A stretch of 64,000 nt of DNA, from NCBI GenBank assembly GCA_944327245.1, contig CALVHD010000008.1:8718-72717 (forward strand), read 5' to 3'. The position numbers and the translations under genes were made by a program. The notes under the pieces were generated by a model. It was given only the letters and a program-made list of their open reading frames with translations. It was not told the origin of the DNA and searched no databases. This DNA is from Candidatus Gastranaerophilales bacterium. GTDB taxonomy: Bacteria > Cyanobacteriota > Vampirovibrionia > Gastranaerophilales > Gastranaerophilaceae. Shown here piece after piece: positions 1 through 9,722 of this stretch (the first letter of the stretch is position 1; each line of letters starts with the position of its first letter).

Positions 1-429
1 TTTACAGATGGCTCAGTTTATATATCAGAAAAAAATGAAGTTCAAAAAAAACTAAATTTTAAAGATATTATGGGGGTATCAATAATTATAAAATCCGGAA
101 TAAACTTCGGAATAATTTCAGGAGAAAAAAGCAATATTCTGAATTATTTTAAAGAAAAATTTAATATACAAGAAATCCATGGCGGTATAAGGCAAAAAGG
201 AATTGTTTTAAATGAAATAATGAAAAAATATAACCTTTTGCCATCAGAAGTTCTCTATATAGGAGATGATATAAATGACATTCCCGCAATGGAGCTTGTA
301 AAATATAAAATAGCGCCCAAAAATTTAAATCCAATATTAACCGTCAAAGTCGAAGGGCTGCAAATTACGGAAAATTATGGCGGTAACGGCGCTATAAGAG
401 AGATAGCGGACACTTTAGCAGGATTATAA
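1..429 (+). CDS. kdsC: KdsC-type HAD phosphatase (3-deoxy-D-manno-octulosonate 8-phosphate phosphatase), 5' end cut by window edge
   Basis: Frame 1 is open from nt 1 (FTDGSVYISEKNEVQKKLNFKD...) into tracked ORF 70..429. IISGEKS, YIGDDINDIPAM and GGNGAIRE match the KdsC/HAD-IIIA layout. Confidence 0.75.
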   Translation, partial: FTDGSVYISEKNEVQKKLNFKDIMGVSIIIKSGINFGIISGEKSNILNYFKEKFNIQEIHGGIRQKGIVLNEIMKKYNLLPSEVLYIGDDINDIPAMELVKYKIAPKNLNPILTVKVEGLQITENYGGNGAIREIADTLAGL

Positions 430-2147
430 TGAATATTATTTTTAATTTTATAAGATATATAAATAACCTGTTTAACTCGGTTGAAACTTTTAATAAGCAT
501 ATAAATCAATATAAATTAATTACAAAAGAACCGGCGCTGCCTTCTTATGCTTATATAAACTGGGGTTTATTTCTGATTAATAACGGCAAAAAAGATAAAG
601 GCATCGAAAAATTAAAACAAAGCGTTATAATGAACGAAGCAAATCCTGAAGCATATATAAATTTAGGGATTGCATATGCGCAAGAAGAAAAATTTGCTTT
701 AGCGTTGAAGAATTTCAAAAAAGCAATTAAACTTAACCCTACAAACGGAAGAGCATGGGGATATCTGGCAGGAGCATACAGCGAATTAAACGAAAATAAT
801 CTTGCAAAATCCGCTTTTGAAAAATCACTGGACTTAGACAGAACAAATCCTTCTACATATCTAAATTATGGAATTTTTTGCATAAAAAATAATCAAAAAG
901 AAAATGCAAAAATCCTGCTGCAAAAAGCATATCTGCTTGACCCGACATCGGTTCAGCCAATAATGATGTGGAGCATGATTTTGATTGAACAAAAAGAATA
1001 CAAATCAGCTCTATCAAAATTAAAAAAAGTACTTTCAAATGAACCGTTTAACACAGATGCGCTTCATTTGTGCGGACTATGCTCATTAAAATTAGGCATG
1101 TTTCAAGATTGTATCGAATATTGCAAAAAAAGTTCCTCTATTAACCCTCAAAAAAAAGAGAATTTCATACTGATTTGCGAAAGCTATTTAAATTTAAATG
1201 ATGAAATAAACTGCCTCAAATCTTTTGAAAAATATGAACAATATAACGAATCTGACTGGAAATACTATAATTCATGGGGGGTTGCGCTTTCTCATTTTGA
1301 CAAATTCGAAGACTCAATCCCGAAATTCCATAAATCAATTGAATTAAAAGATGATGAATACATTTCACATAACGCCCTGTCATATTCATACATCAAACTT
1401 GACAAATATGATGAAGCTCAAAATGAAATCAAAAAAGTTATGGAGCTAAAACCTGAATTTGCCTATGCTCACTTTAACTTAGCACAGATTTATATGAAAA
1501 CGGAACAATATCAAAAGGCAATTGATTGTTATAAAAAGGCATTGTCACTAGATGCAAACTTAAAAAAATCTTATTTCAACATAGCAGGTGCCTATCATAA
1601 ATTAAACGATAACAAAAATGCAATAAAATATTGGAAAAAAACTCTGGATTACGATAAAAACAACATAAATGCATACTTAAATCTCGCTTTAACATATGCA
1701 GATAAAGAAAACGATTACACAAAAGCAACAAGGTATGCAAGAAGCGCATACGAACTTGATAAAAAAAATCCGATTATAATATTCAAATACGGATTTATAT
1801 TGATGAAAGCAAATGATTTATACAGAGCCGAAGAAAAACTGCAAGACGCAATCAAATCAGACAATAATCTTGTATCGGCAAAAATAGCATTAGCAGAATG
1901 TAATCTGAAACTAAACAAAATTCAAAAGGCGCTGGATATACTAAATGAGTGCGAAGAATCAAAAGGCGAAGATGAAGATTTTTTAATCATAAAAGCTATG
2001 GCATTGCTTGAAATGTACAAAAATGACAAGCAAAATATCGAACTAAAAAACACAATTTTGCAAATTTGTGATAAAATACAGACAAACTTTCAACAAAGCA
2101 ATTTAGTTGAAGAAATAATGAATTATATAAACAGTAATGATTGTTAA
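429..2147 (+). CDS. TPR repeat protein
   Basis: 572-aa ORF whose ATG overlaps the kdsC stop (TAATG). Many 34-aa TPR-like units, e.g. AYINLGIAYAQEEKFALALKNFKKAIKLNP and AHFNLAQIYMKTEQYQKAIDCYKKALSLD. Confidence 0.85.
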   Translation: MNIIFNFIRYINNLFNSVETFNKHINQYKLITKEPALPSYAYINWGLFLINNGKKDKGIEKLKQSVIMNEANPEAYINLGIAYAQEEKFALALKNFKKAIKLNPTNGRAWGYLAGAYSELNENNLAKSAFEKSLDLDRTNPSTYLNYGIFCIKNNQKENAKILLQKAYLLDPTSVQPIMMWSMILIEQKEYKSALSKLKKVLSNEPFNTDALHLCGLCSLKLGMFQDCIEYCKKSSSINPQKKENFILICESYLNLNDEINCLKSFEKYEQYNESDWKYYNSWGVALSHFDKFEDSIPKFHKSIELKDDEYISHNALSYSYIKLDKYDEAQNEIKKVMELKPEFAYAHFNLAQIYMKTEQYQKAIDCYKKALSLDANLKKSYFNIAGAYHKLNDNKNAIKYWKKTLDYDKNNINAYLNLALTYADKENDYTKATRYARSAYELDKKNPIIIFKYGFILMKANDLYRAEEKLQDAIKSDNNLVSAKIALAECNLKLNKIQKALDILNECEESKGEDEDFLIIKAMALLEMYKNDKQNIELKNTILQICDKIQTNFQQSNLVEEIMNYINSNDC

Positions 2148-2156
2148 GAGGTAACT

Positions 2157-3419
2157 ATGGGGCTAATCGTACAAAAATTTGGCGGAACATCGGTTGCAGA
2201 CAGTGAAAAAATCAAAAATGTAGCTCAAGCCGTTATAAAAGAAAAATTAAACGGCAACAATGTTGTCGTAGTAGTTTCTGCAATGGGACATACTACAGAT
2301 GAACTTGTAAAATTGGCAAAAAATATCACCCTAAATCCCTCTCCAAGAGAAATGGATATGCTTTTGTCAACAGGAGAGCAAATCTCTATGTCTTTATTGG
2401 CAATGGCTATTAACGAACTTGGGCATAAAGCCATTAGCTTTACCGGACTTCAAGCAGGTATCAGAACCGAAGACTGTCATATGTGCGCAAGAATTTTAAA
2501 CATAGATACAAAAAAAATACAAAAATGTTTGGATGAAGATAACATAGTTATTGTTGCAGGTTTTCAAGGAGTTTGCCAAGATAATGAAATTACAACACTA
2601 GGCAGGGGCGGCTCAGACACTACTGCCGTTGCTCTTGCATGTGCGCTTAAAGCAAACAGATGTGATATTTATTCCGATGTTGAAGGAGTATACACGGCCG
2701 ACCCAAGAGTAGTAACAACAGCCAAAAAATTAAAAGAAATATCATATGAAGAAATGCTGGAACTTGCCAGAGTCGGAGCAAATGTATTACACCCAAGATC
2801 AGTCGAAACAGCAAAACTTCATAAAATGCCAATGAGAGTAAGAAGCTCATTTAAACTTGATGATTTAGGAACTTTAATAATAGGAGTTGATGAAATGGAA
2901 TTGAATAAACCTGTTACAGGGCTTGCATGCGACACATCGCAAATAAGAATAGTTATTTGTGACATTGTTGATGAGCCGGGGAATGCCGCAAAATTGTTTA
3001 ATTTATTGGCTAATGAAAATTTAAGCGTAGATATGATTATACAATCTTATGCAAGACATCAAAAAAATACAAACGATATTGCTTTCACAATATCAAAAAG
3101 CGATATAGATAAATTCAACAACATTAAAGGTAAAATAAACGAAATCTTATCAGCTTCCAATATTTTTATTGACGAAGATATTGTTAAAGTTTCAATAGTA
3201 GGCGCCGGAATGATAGATAGACCGGGGATAGCCGCAACAATGTTTGACACACTGGCAAAAGAAAATATAAACATAAAAATGATTTCAACAAGTGAAATCA
3301 AAATAAGCTGCCTTGTTGAGAAAAAATATTCATCACAAGCCGCTTTAGCCTTGTGCAAAGTATTTAAGCTTGATGGAGCAAGTGTAGCTGACGTTAAAGG
3401 CGATCTACCTGTTTTATAA
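2157..3419 (+). CDS. lysC: aspartate kinase
   Basis: N-terminus VQKFGGTSVADSEKI, GRGGSDTTAVALA motif, two C-terminal ACT-like segments. SD AAGAGG upstream. Confidence 0.95.
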   Translation: MGLIVQKFGGTSVADSEKIKNVAQAVIKEKLNGNNVVVVVSAMGHTTDELVKLAKNITLNPSPREMDMLLSTGEQISMSLLAMAINELGHKAISFTGLQAGIRTEDCHMCARILNIDTKKIQKCLDEDNIVIVAGFQGVCQDNEITTLGRGGSDTTAVALACALKANRCDIYSDVEGVYTADPRVVTTAKKLKEISYEEMLELARVGANVLHPRSVETAKLHKMPMRVRSSFKLDDLGTLIIGVDEMELNKPVTGLACDTSQIRIVICDIVDEPGNAAKLFNLLANENLSVDMIIQSYARHQKNTNDIAFTISKSDIDKFNNIKGKINEILSASNIFIDEDIVKVSIVGAGMIDRPGIAATMFDTLAKENINIKMISTSEIKISCLVEKKYSSQAALALCKVFKLDGASVADVKGDLPVL

Positions 3420-3423
3420 TAAA

Positions 3424-4734
3424 ATGATTGAAACGGTAAAAAATTTTTTAAATAAATATAATATAAAAAACAAAAGCGTAGTTATTGGTTTTTCAGCAGG
3501 ACCAGATAGCTGCGCTTTAGCACATATAATCTCAAAACTCCAAAAAGAATTAAACCTCGAATTAATTCTTGCATACTTTAATCACGGATGGAGAAAAGAA
3601 GCACAAGAAGAAGAGCGTTTTACCGTTGATTTTGCTAAAAAGATAAATGCAAAATATTATATTAAAAAAGCACCAAACAACGCAAAGAAAAATGAAGAAA
3701 CAGCCAGAGAATTAAGATATAATTTTTTTATCGAGTCCGCTAAAAAATTTAACACAGATTCGGTTATATTAGGACACAATAAAAATGACAACATTGAAAC
3801 ACTAATATACAGACTGATAAAAGGAACATCAATCAAGGGTTTAACCTGTATTCCGGAAAATCGAGATATTTACTACAGACCGCTGTTAAAAATTGAAAAA
3901 AAAGATATTCTTGAATATTTAAAAATAAATAATATAGAATACAAAATTGATAGCTCAAATGAAGATGTAAAATATAAAAGAAATTTAATCAGAAAAAAAA
4001 TTATGCCTCAAATGGAATTGATTAATCCAAACTATCTTAGTTCAATTGAAAATCTCATTATAAACTCAATTAACACAAAAACAATTATAGATAACTTAAT
4101 TTTATCTATTAAAGATAAAATCATCAAAAATAATGAAATTAAATTAACTGAATTTCTAAAATTAAATCAAGCACTGAGGCTTGAAATACTTAATGATTAT
4201 CTTAAAGACTATTTGAAATACAGAAATTCAAAAAATCTATACAGATACGATAACTTTATATCAGATAATTCAAAAAATAAAATCTCACTAAATAAAAATT
4301 GTTTTCTTTTGAAAAAAAATAATCTGATATATATACAAACAAAAACAATCAAAAATGAAAAAGTTATTAAAATTCTTTCAACGGGCGAATTTTATTTTGA
4401 AAATGGTTTATTAACAATTGAAAAAGCAAAAAAAGAAGATAAAATTTACCCCAATTCAAAAGAAAATACGTGTTATTTGAATTTTGATTTTCCGCTCGAG
4501 CTAAGACACAGAAAAAACGGCGATAAATTTTGCCCGTACGGCACCAAAAGTGATAAAATGAAGTTAAAAGATTTTTTAATAAACGAAAAAGTTGAACAAA
4601 ACAAAAAAGATGAAATCCTTTTGCTAACAAAAGACAAGGAAGTATGCTGGGTTATAGGTTATAAAATAAGCGAAAAATATAAACAAAACAACATAGACTG
4701 TTATAAATTAACTTGGAGAAAAATTGATGGATAA
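3424..4734 (+). CDS. tilS: tRNA(Ile)-lysidine synthetase
   Basis: PP-loop GFSAGPDSCAL, LGHNKNDNIET, C-terminal TilS domain (RHRKNGDKF...G). Conserved tilS-hpt linkage. Confidence 0.9.
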   Translation: MIETVKNFLNKYNIKNKSVVIGFSAGPDSCALAHIISKLQKELNLELILAYFNHGWRKEAQEEERFTVDFAKKINAKYYIKKAPNNAKKNEETARELRYNFFIESAKKFNTDSVILGHNKNDNIETLIYRLIKGTSIKGLTCIPENRDIYYRPLLKIEKKDILEYLKINNIEYKIDSSNEDVKYKRNLIRKKIMPQMELINPNYLSSIENLIINSINTKTIIDNLILSIKDKIIKNNEIKLTEFLKLNQALRLEILNDYLKDYLKYRNSKNLYRYDNFISDNSKNKISLNKNCFLLKKNNLIYIQTKTIKNEKVIKILSTGEFYFENGLLTIEKAKKEDKIYPNSKENTCYLNFDFPLELRHRKNGDKFCPYGTKSDKMKLKDFLINEKVEQNKKDEILLLTKDKEVCWVIGYKISEKYKQNNIDCYKLTWRKIDG

Positions 4735-5260
4735 AAATATAAAAGATTTAAAAATCCTAATTGATTCAAATTCTCTTCATAAAAGAATTAAAGAATTGGC
4801 AGATAAAATAAATTCAAAATATAATGAAAACGAACCTCTGACATTGATTTGCGTATTAAGGGGTGCAGTAATGTTTTACACAGAACTTGTAAAACATCTT
4901 AAAATGCCTGTTAAAATGGAGTTTGTTTCACTATCAAGCTATGGGGACAATTTTAAATCTTCAGGCAAAGTTAAATCTTTCAATCTGTCATTACCTACGC
5001 TAAAAGATGAAAATGTTATGATTGTTGAAGATATAATAGATACCGGTTTAACTCTTGATTTTTTAATGAAATTTGTCAAATTAAACTGTAAAGCAAAAGA
5101 TGTTAAATTGGCCGTTTTATTTGACAAAAAATGTGCAAGAAAATTTGATATAGAACCCGACTTTATAGCATATGAAATTGATGATAAATTTATTGTCGGA
5201 TTTGGCTTGGATTATTGTGGTTTATATAGAAATTTAGACTATATCGGCTATTTTGAATAA
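4727..5260 (+). CDS. hpt: hypoxanthine phosphoribosyltransferase
   Basis: PRPP-binding motif VMIVEDIIDTGLTL and GFGLDY near the C-terminus. ATG at 4727 follows GGAG with an 8-10 nt spacer; the track start at 4724 is TTG. Overlaps the tilS stop by 8 nt. Confidence 0.92.
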   Translation: MDKNIKDLKILIDSNSLHKRIKELADKINSKYNENEPLTLICVLRGAVMFYTELVKHLKMPVKMEFVSLSSYGDNFKSSGKVKSFNLSLPTLKDENVMIVEDIIDTGLTLDFLMKFVKLNCKAKDVKLAVLFDKKCARKFDIEPDFIAYEIDDKFIVGFGLDYCGLYRNLDYIGYFE

Positions 5261-5261
5261 A

Positions 5262-5795
5262 TTATAAAAAGAAAATTGAACACACATATACAGCAGCAAC
5301 GATACCTGCTATATCAGCCAAAATACCTGCTAAAAGAGCATGTCTGAACTTTTTTATTCCTACAGCTCCAAAATAAACACTTGCAACATAGAAAGTTGTT
5401 TCACTGCTGCCGGTTATAACTGCTGCAAGTTTTGTTGCATAAGAATTAACACCTGTTTGGTTAATAATATCAGCCAAAACTCCCAATGTTGCAGAACCGG
5501 AAAGAGAACGAGTCAACATAATTATTGTTGTTTCAATGGGAATTTTAAAATAATCTAAAACAGGTTTTAGTAAATTTTCAATAATATCTATTGCACCGCT
5601 TGCACGAAATAGAGCAGTACAAACCATTATAGCTATCAAGTATGGAATAATTTTAATTGCAATTTTAAAACCCTCATTTGCTCCATCTACAAAAGCTTCA
5701 TAGGCGGGAGTTTTTTTCAAAAGCGCATATATCAAAATATATATTATAATACAAGGTAAAATCCAAAGTGATAAAGCATTTAAAATATTAATCAT
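5262..5795 (-). CDS. spmB: nucleoside-recognition (Gate) domain membrane protein, SpmB-like
   Basis: 177-aa polytopic membrane ORF with the typical SpmB size and sequence feel. 4-nt overlap with upstream spmA. Confidence 0.75.
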   Translation of the reverse strand: MINILNALSLWILPCIIIYILIYALLKKTPAYEAFVDGANEGFKIAIKIIPYLIAIMVCTALFRASGAIDIIENLLKPVLDYFKIPIETTIIMLTRSLSGSATLGVLADIINQTGVNSYATKLAAVITGSSETTFYVASVYFGAVGIKKFRHALLAGILADIAGIVAAVYVCSIFFL

Positions 5796-6367
5796 TTATA
5801 AAACCTCTCTAACACTTTTACAAAAAACAATGCGGATATAAAAGCAATTGAAGTAACTATTAATGTCGGAAGAATGATTTGTGTCGGGTTTTCCATTCCG
5901 TTTGCACTCAAAATTGCAATCACTACAGCAGGCACAATTTGAAAACCTGCGGTATTCATTGCCAAAAAAGTACACATTGAATTTGTGGCTTTTGTTTTAT
6001 CTTTATTTTGACTTTGCAAATTTTCCATTGCTTTAATTCCAAAAGGCGTTGCAGCATTTGACAAGCCTAATGCATTCGCGCTGATATTAAGAGCAATATT
6101 ACTTTGCGCTTCTTTATTATCCTTTATATCCGGAAAAATCAACAACAAAGGCTTTTGAATTAACCTTGATAGTACATCCATCAAACCTGATTTTTTTGCA
6201 ATATTTACAATCCCAAGCCAAAAACCCATAATACCTATTAAACCAAACGCAATTTCAACCGCTTTTTGACTTGCGGCCAACATCTCATCTACTGCTATAT
6301 CAAGCCTATGATTGATTGCGGCACAAACAAAAGAAATAATTATTAAAAATATAAAAATATAATTCAT
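5792..6367 (-). CDS. spmA: nucleoside-recognition (Gate) domain membrane protein, SpmA-like
   Basis: 191-aa membrane ORF with an SpmA-like N-terminus (MNYIFIFLIIISFVCAAINHRLD) and GLSNAATPFGIKAME. Directly abuts the upstream gene's stop. Confidence 0.75.
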   Translation of the reverse strand: MNYIFIFLIIISFVCAAINHRLDIAVDEMLAASQKAVEIAFGLIGIMGFWLGIVNIAKKSGLMDVLSRLIQKPLLLIFPDIKDNKEAQSNIALNISANALGLSNAATPFGIKAMENLQSQNKDKTKATNSMCTFLAMNTAGFQIVPAVVIAILSANGMENPTQIILPTLIVTSIAFISALFFVKVLERFYK

Positions 6368-7810
6368 CTAGCTATTAAACTTTGAAGCAAAATATGCTTC
6401 ACCATCTGCAGTTATTGTATACTTTTTCATACCTTCAATTTCAACTGTTTTTACATAGCCTAAATCTATTAATTTATCAACTACTTCCATATTTGCAATT
6501 TCACCTGTTGCTTTATATATATTTGAATTAATAAATTTCATCGAAAAACAGTTTTGATGTAAGATATTTTTTATATAATAAGAGCAAATTAAAAATTCGT
6601 CAATAATTTCCGTTGTTCTAAAACCAGCTAAGAAAAATTTAAAATCCATTTTTTTATCTTCATTTTGTTCAACAGAATTCTTGGTGCTGTTCTCAATATC
6701 AGATGATTTATTATTTTCCTCATTTATATTTTCAAGATATTCTTTATATGAAGGAATAGGATTAATATTAATTTCATCTAGCAATGTATTAGCTACTACA
6801 TCTTTTTCAATATCATTATCTGTATTTGAAGAAAAAATATCATCTAACTTAGCCTGATTAATGTCTTCAAAAGAAGTTTGCTCATTCAAATTATCACATC
6901 TATTTATCTCAACAGTGTCTGAATTATTATTCATATTGAGCGCAATAAGATTATCTATGCTAATTTGTTCACAATCATTTTGATTGTCATTTATTTTTTT
7001 TACTTCATTAGTTTCATTTTTGTCTATATCATAATTATCAATTTCATTAACATCCTCTTGAACAGCAGTAAAATTGACATCTTGATTTTCAACATCTTTA
7101 CAAGGAAGCTCAACTTGCAAAACGTCGTTTTTATCAAACACAAGATCTTCTTCAGATGTAAATGTATTAATTTTAGATACATTGTTTTTATCAACCAATA
7201 CATCATCAACATTTGAAACATCCGTTATATCAACTGCATCAATTTCTTTTTCTACCATCTCAATTAAATCATCAATATTTTTATCTGAAGTATTTTTGTC
7301 TATGCTATCAAAAAAGACATCAGTACTCTCAACAGCAGAAGGCAAGGGCTCACTCACTATAATTTCTTCGAGACTGGTATTTTCATTAATGCTTGGAATT
7401 TCAGAATTTAAAGATGGAGTCAATTCAGTCGATACAGGTGTTTCAATTGAATTATTATCAGTGTTATTTACCTTAGAAGAAACATCCTCACAACAAGGTA
7501 CCTCAATTGCAGATTCAATCACCGGCGCTTCATCAGAAAATTCAACACAATCATCATCTAAAACAACTTTTTGATATTCCTGATTGCAATTTTCAATTTC
7601 TGCATTTTTTGTTTCATCATTTTTAAAATCTTCAATTGATTTTACATTAGTATCAATAATTTTTACATCTTTTAAATGCGATTTAAATTCTTGACTAGCG
7701 CCAAACATCACAGCGAAATATTTATCCATTTCGCTTTCAATTATGACTTTATTATTGGAATCTAAGCAAAATTCACAACCATCACATTTAATTTTTATAT
7801 TGTAATACAC
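6368..7810 (-). CDS. hypothetical protein: small N-domain, about 330-aa highly acidic low-complexity region, C-terminal winged-helix-like domain
   Basis: 480-aa ORF with GTG start at 7810, preceded by AGGA and a 7-nt spacer. Long D/E/N/S-rich middle. C-terminal EFLICSYYIKNIL...VDKLIDLGYVKTVEIEGMKKYTITADGEAYF resembles a wHTH. Its stop abuts the spmA ATG. Confidence 0.7.
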   Translation of the reverse strand: MYYNIKIKCDGCEFCLDSNNKVIIESEMDKYFAVMFGASQEFKSHLKDVKIIDTNVKSIEDFKNDETKNAEIENCNQEYQKVVLDDDCVEFSDEAPVIESAIEVPCCEDVSSKVNNTDNNSIETPVSTELTPSLNSEIPSINENTSLEEIIVSEPLPSAVESTDVFFDSIDKNTSDKNIDDLIEMVEKEIDAVDITDVSNVDDVLVDKNNVSKINTFTSEEDLVFDKNDVLQVELPCKDVENQDVNFTAVQEDVNEIDNYDIDKNETNEVKKINDNQNDCEQISIDNLIALNMNNNSDTVEINRCDNLNEQTSFEDINQAKLDDIFSSNTDNDIEKDVVANTLLDEININPIPSYKEYLENINEENNKSSDIENSTKNSVEQNEDKKMDFKFFLAGFRTTEIIDEFLICSYYIKNILHQNCFSMKFINSNIYKATGEIANMEVVDKLIDLGYVKTVEIEGMKKYTITADGEAYFASKFNS

Positions 7811-7819
7811 AAACCTATC

Positions 7820-7954
7820 CTAATCTTGTTGAACGTGTTTTTTAAGAATTTCTTCTCTCCATTTTTCTAATTGCTGTTCAACAAAATCTGCATCATCAGA
7901 AGAAAATTCTATTTCTAATTCACCCTTTTTCATTTTAAAAACATATTGAGGCAT
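7820..7954 (-). CDS. small ORF (44 aa), not in the supplied track
   Basis: ATG at 7954 preceded by AGGAG with a 6-nt spacer. Translates MPQYVFKMKKGELEIEFSSDDADFVEQQLEKWREEILKKHVQQD. Stop lies 10 nt before the next gene's start. Similar to that gene's N-terminus. Confidence 0.45.
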   Translation of the reverse strand: MPQYVFKMKKGELEIEFSSDDADFVEQQLEKWREEILKKHVQQD

Positions 7955-8186
7955 ATTAAACTCCTAATAATCTAATAGTATTATAATCTAAAAGCATTAC
8001 TTCCATGCTCAATTTTTAAATATTGTTAAAAATATATACAAAATTTTTACAAAAGCATGGAAAAATTTGATTTTAGGTCAAAAATTGTTAAATTGTTGGT
8101 ATAAGATAGTTAATTTTAAACCATTTGTATGACTAAATACAAAATAATTTTTTCTATAATAAAATTGGGAATTTCAGGGGTATATT

Positions 8187-9722
8187 TTGTATAATTCAAT
8201 TTATCCTATAAATATAAACTACAGAAAACAAAACATTTCTCGCACAAACCAAGACGAGCAATCGAGCAGTGCGCAAATTCCCGTATCTGACAATAATAAT
8301 CAAAATAAAAAACAAAACACATTCCCCAACGGCACTAAAGTAGCCATTGATTATACAAAAGGTCAAATCAATATAAGTCAAGTATTAACCGATTTCAGAA
8401 GCACCATTCTTGCTATAAATGCGCCTCAGGACGTAAGCGAAGAAGTTAATATGTACTTAAATCTGGTAGACAAAGAGTCCAAAAAAGAAAATCCTTCCAG
8501 AGAAATAGTACTTGCAAATTTAAAAAATGCTTCAAGAATTTCCGATGCATATATTGCAAAAAGCCTTAACAAGCCATCCAATGTTGTAGAAGGATGGATT
8601 GACGCACTTTTTTTACAAAAAATCAATATCAAAGCAAACCCCGACGAAATAAACCCAGACTTTCTTTTGGAATTTCCCCAAAAGGCACAAGCTAAAATTG
8701 ATGCTGCAAAAAAAGAACAACTTCAAGAACAAACAGCCCCTGAACAAAATCAATTTCAAATACAGCCTGAATCTGCAAAAAAAGCAGAACAAATTGTTTC
8801 AAAAGATGAACAAGCACCAAACACACCACAAGAAATTTCCATACATCCAAATATTCAGCAGCAAGAAAAAATAAATATTGAAAGCGATCTGGAAATTTCT
8901 GATTCTGATACAAAAACAGACGGAATAAAAATAACCTATGTTGCAAAAACTCCTTTTAGTCCAATAAATGAACTTGATGATAAAGCTAAAGTATTATTTA
9001 CTCAAGCAAAAAAACAACCTGATACAAATCAAGGAGATACAAAAGCAATCAACCTATTAAATGAAGCTTTAGGAATTCTTTCACAAAGTGAAGAAATTAA
9101 CGAAAACATAAAAGCTGCAATACACTTTGAAAGAGGAAAAATTTTTGACAGCTACGACTATGTCGACTATGCACTAAGAGATTATTGGGAAGCAACAAAA
9201 GCTGATGACTTAAACCTGAAAGCAAAAGCTTTTTATAAATCAGGTCAAATTTATGACGAATTTAAAGAATATTCTCCAGCTTTAGATAACTATCTTTCAA
9301 GCGTTGCATACAGTGGCGAAGCTGATAATTCAAAAGCTCAAGCCTGTGTATTATCAAAAATAGCTTCATTATTTACAAAACAATACGACATTGAAAATAC
9401 TCAAAATTATTCTGATTTAGCAATAGAAACAGCCATAACCTCAAATAGCGACAAAACAATTGCCAAGACTTATTCCTCCACCGCTCAAAATTATCAATAT
9501 TTAGGAGAAAATGACAAAGCAATTGACAGCTACAAAAATGCTCTTGCTGTTTTTTCAAGAACTAATGAAAGCCCTGAAGAAATTGCTCACAACTATGAAC
9601 AAGCAGCAATAGTTATGGAAAAACTTGGAAATCACGCTAAAGCAGTGAAGCTTCAATTGAAGGCAAATCGATATTATCAAATAGCTCAACAACAGCAGGA
9701 GCCGTTGGAACAAGCAGGTTAA
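8187..9722 (+). CDS. hypothetical protein with C-terminal TPR-like repeats
   Basis: 511-aa ORF with TTG start after AGGGG (6-nt spacer). The first in-frame ATG is about 89 codons in. C-terminal half has TPR-like units (AAIHFERGKIFDSYDYVDYALRDYWEATKAD, AKTYSSTAQNYQYLGENDKAIDSYKNALAV). Confidence 0.7.
   Translation: MYNSIYPININYRKQNISRTNQDEQSSSAQIPVSDNNNQNKKQNTFPNGTKVAIDYTKGQINISQVLTDFRSTILAINAPQDVSEEVNMYLNLVDKESKKENPSREIVLANLKNASRISDAYIAKSLNKPSNVVEGWIDALFLQKINIKANPDEINPDFLLEFPQKAQAKIDAAKKEQLQEQTAPEQNQFQIQPESAKKAEQIVSKDEQAPNTPQEISIHPNIQQQEKINIESDLEISDSDTKTDGIKITYVAKTPFSPINELDDKAKVLFTQAKKQPDTNQGDTKAINLLNEALGILSQSEEINENIKAAIHFERGKIFDSYDYVDYALRDYWEATKADDLNLKAKAFYKSGQIYDEFKEYSPALDNYLSSVAYSGEADNSKAQACVLSKIASLFTKQYDIENTQNYSDLAIETAITSNSDKTIAKTYSSTAQNYQYLGENDKAIDSYKNALAVFSRTNESPEEIAHNYEQAAIVMEKLGNHAKAVKLQLKANRYYQIAQQQQEPLEQAG

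Noticed and set aside
7182-7574. 130-aa, 83-aa and 65-aa ORFs overlapping the acidic-protein gene (6965..7574, both strands)
   Set aside because: These are artefacts of the GAT/GAA-rich low-complexity tract, which keeps other frames open. The products are S/T/I/F-rich with no start signals.
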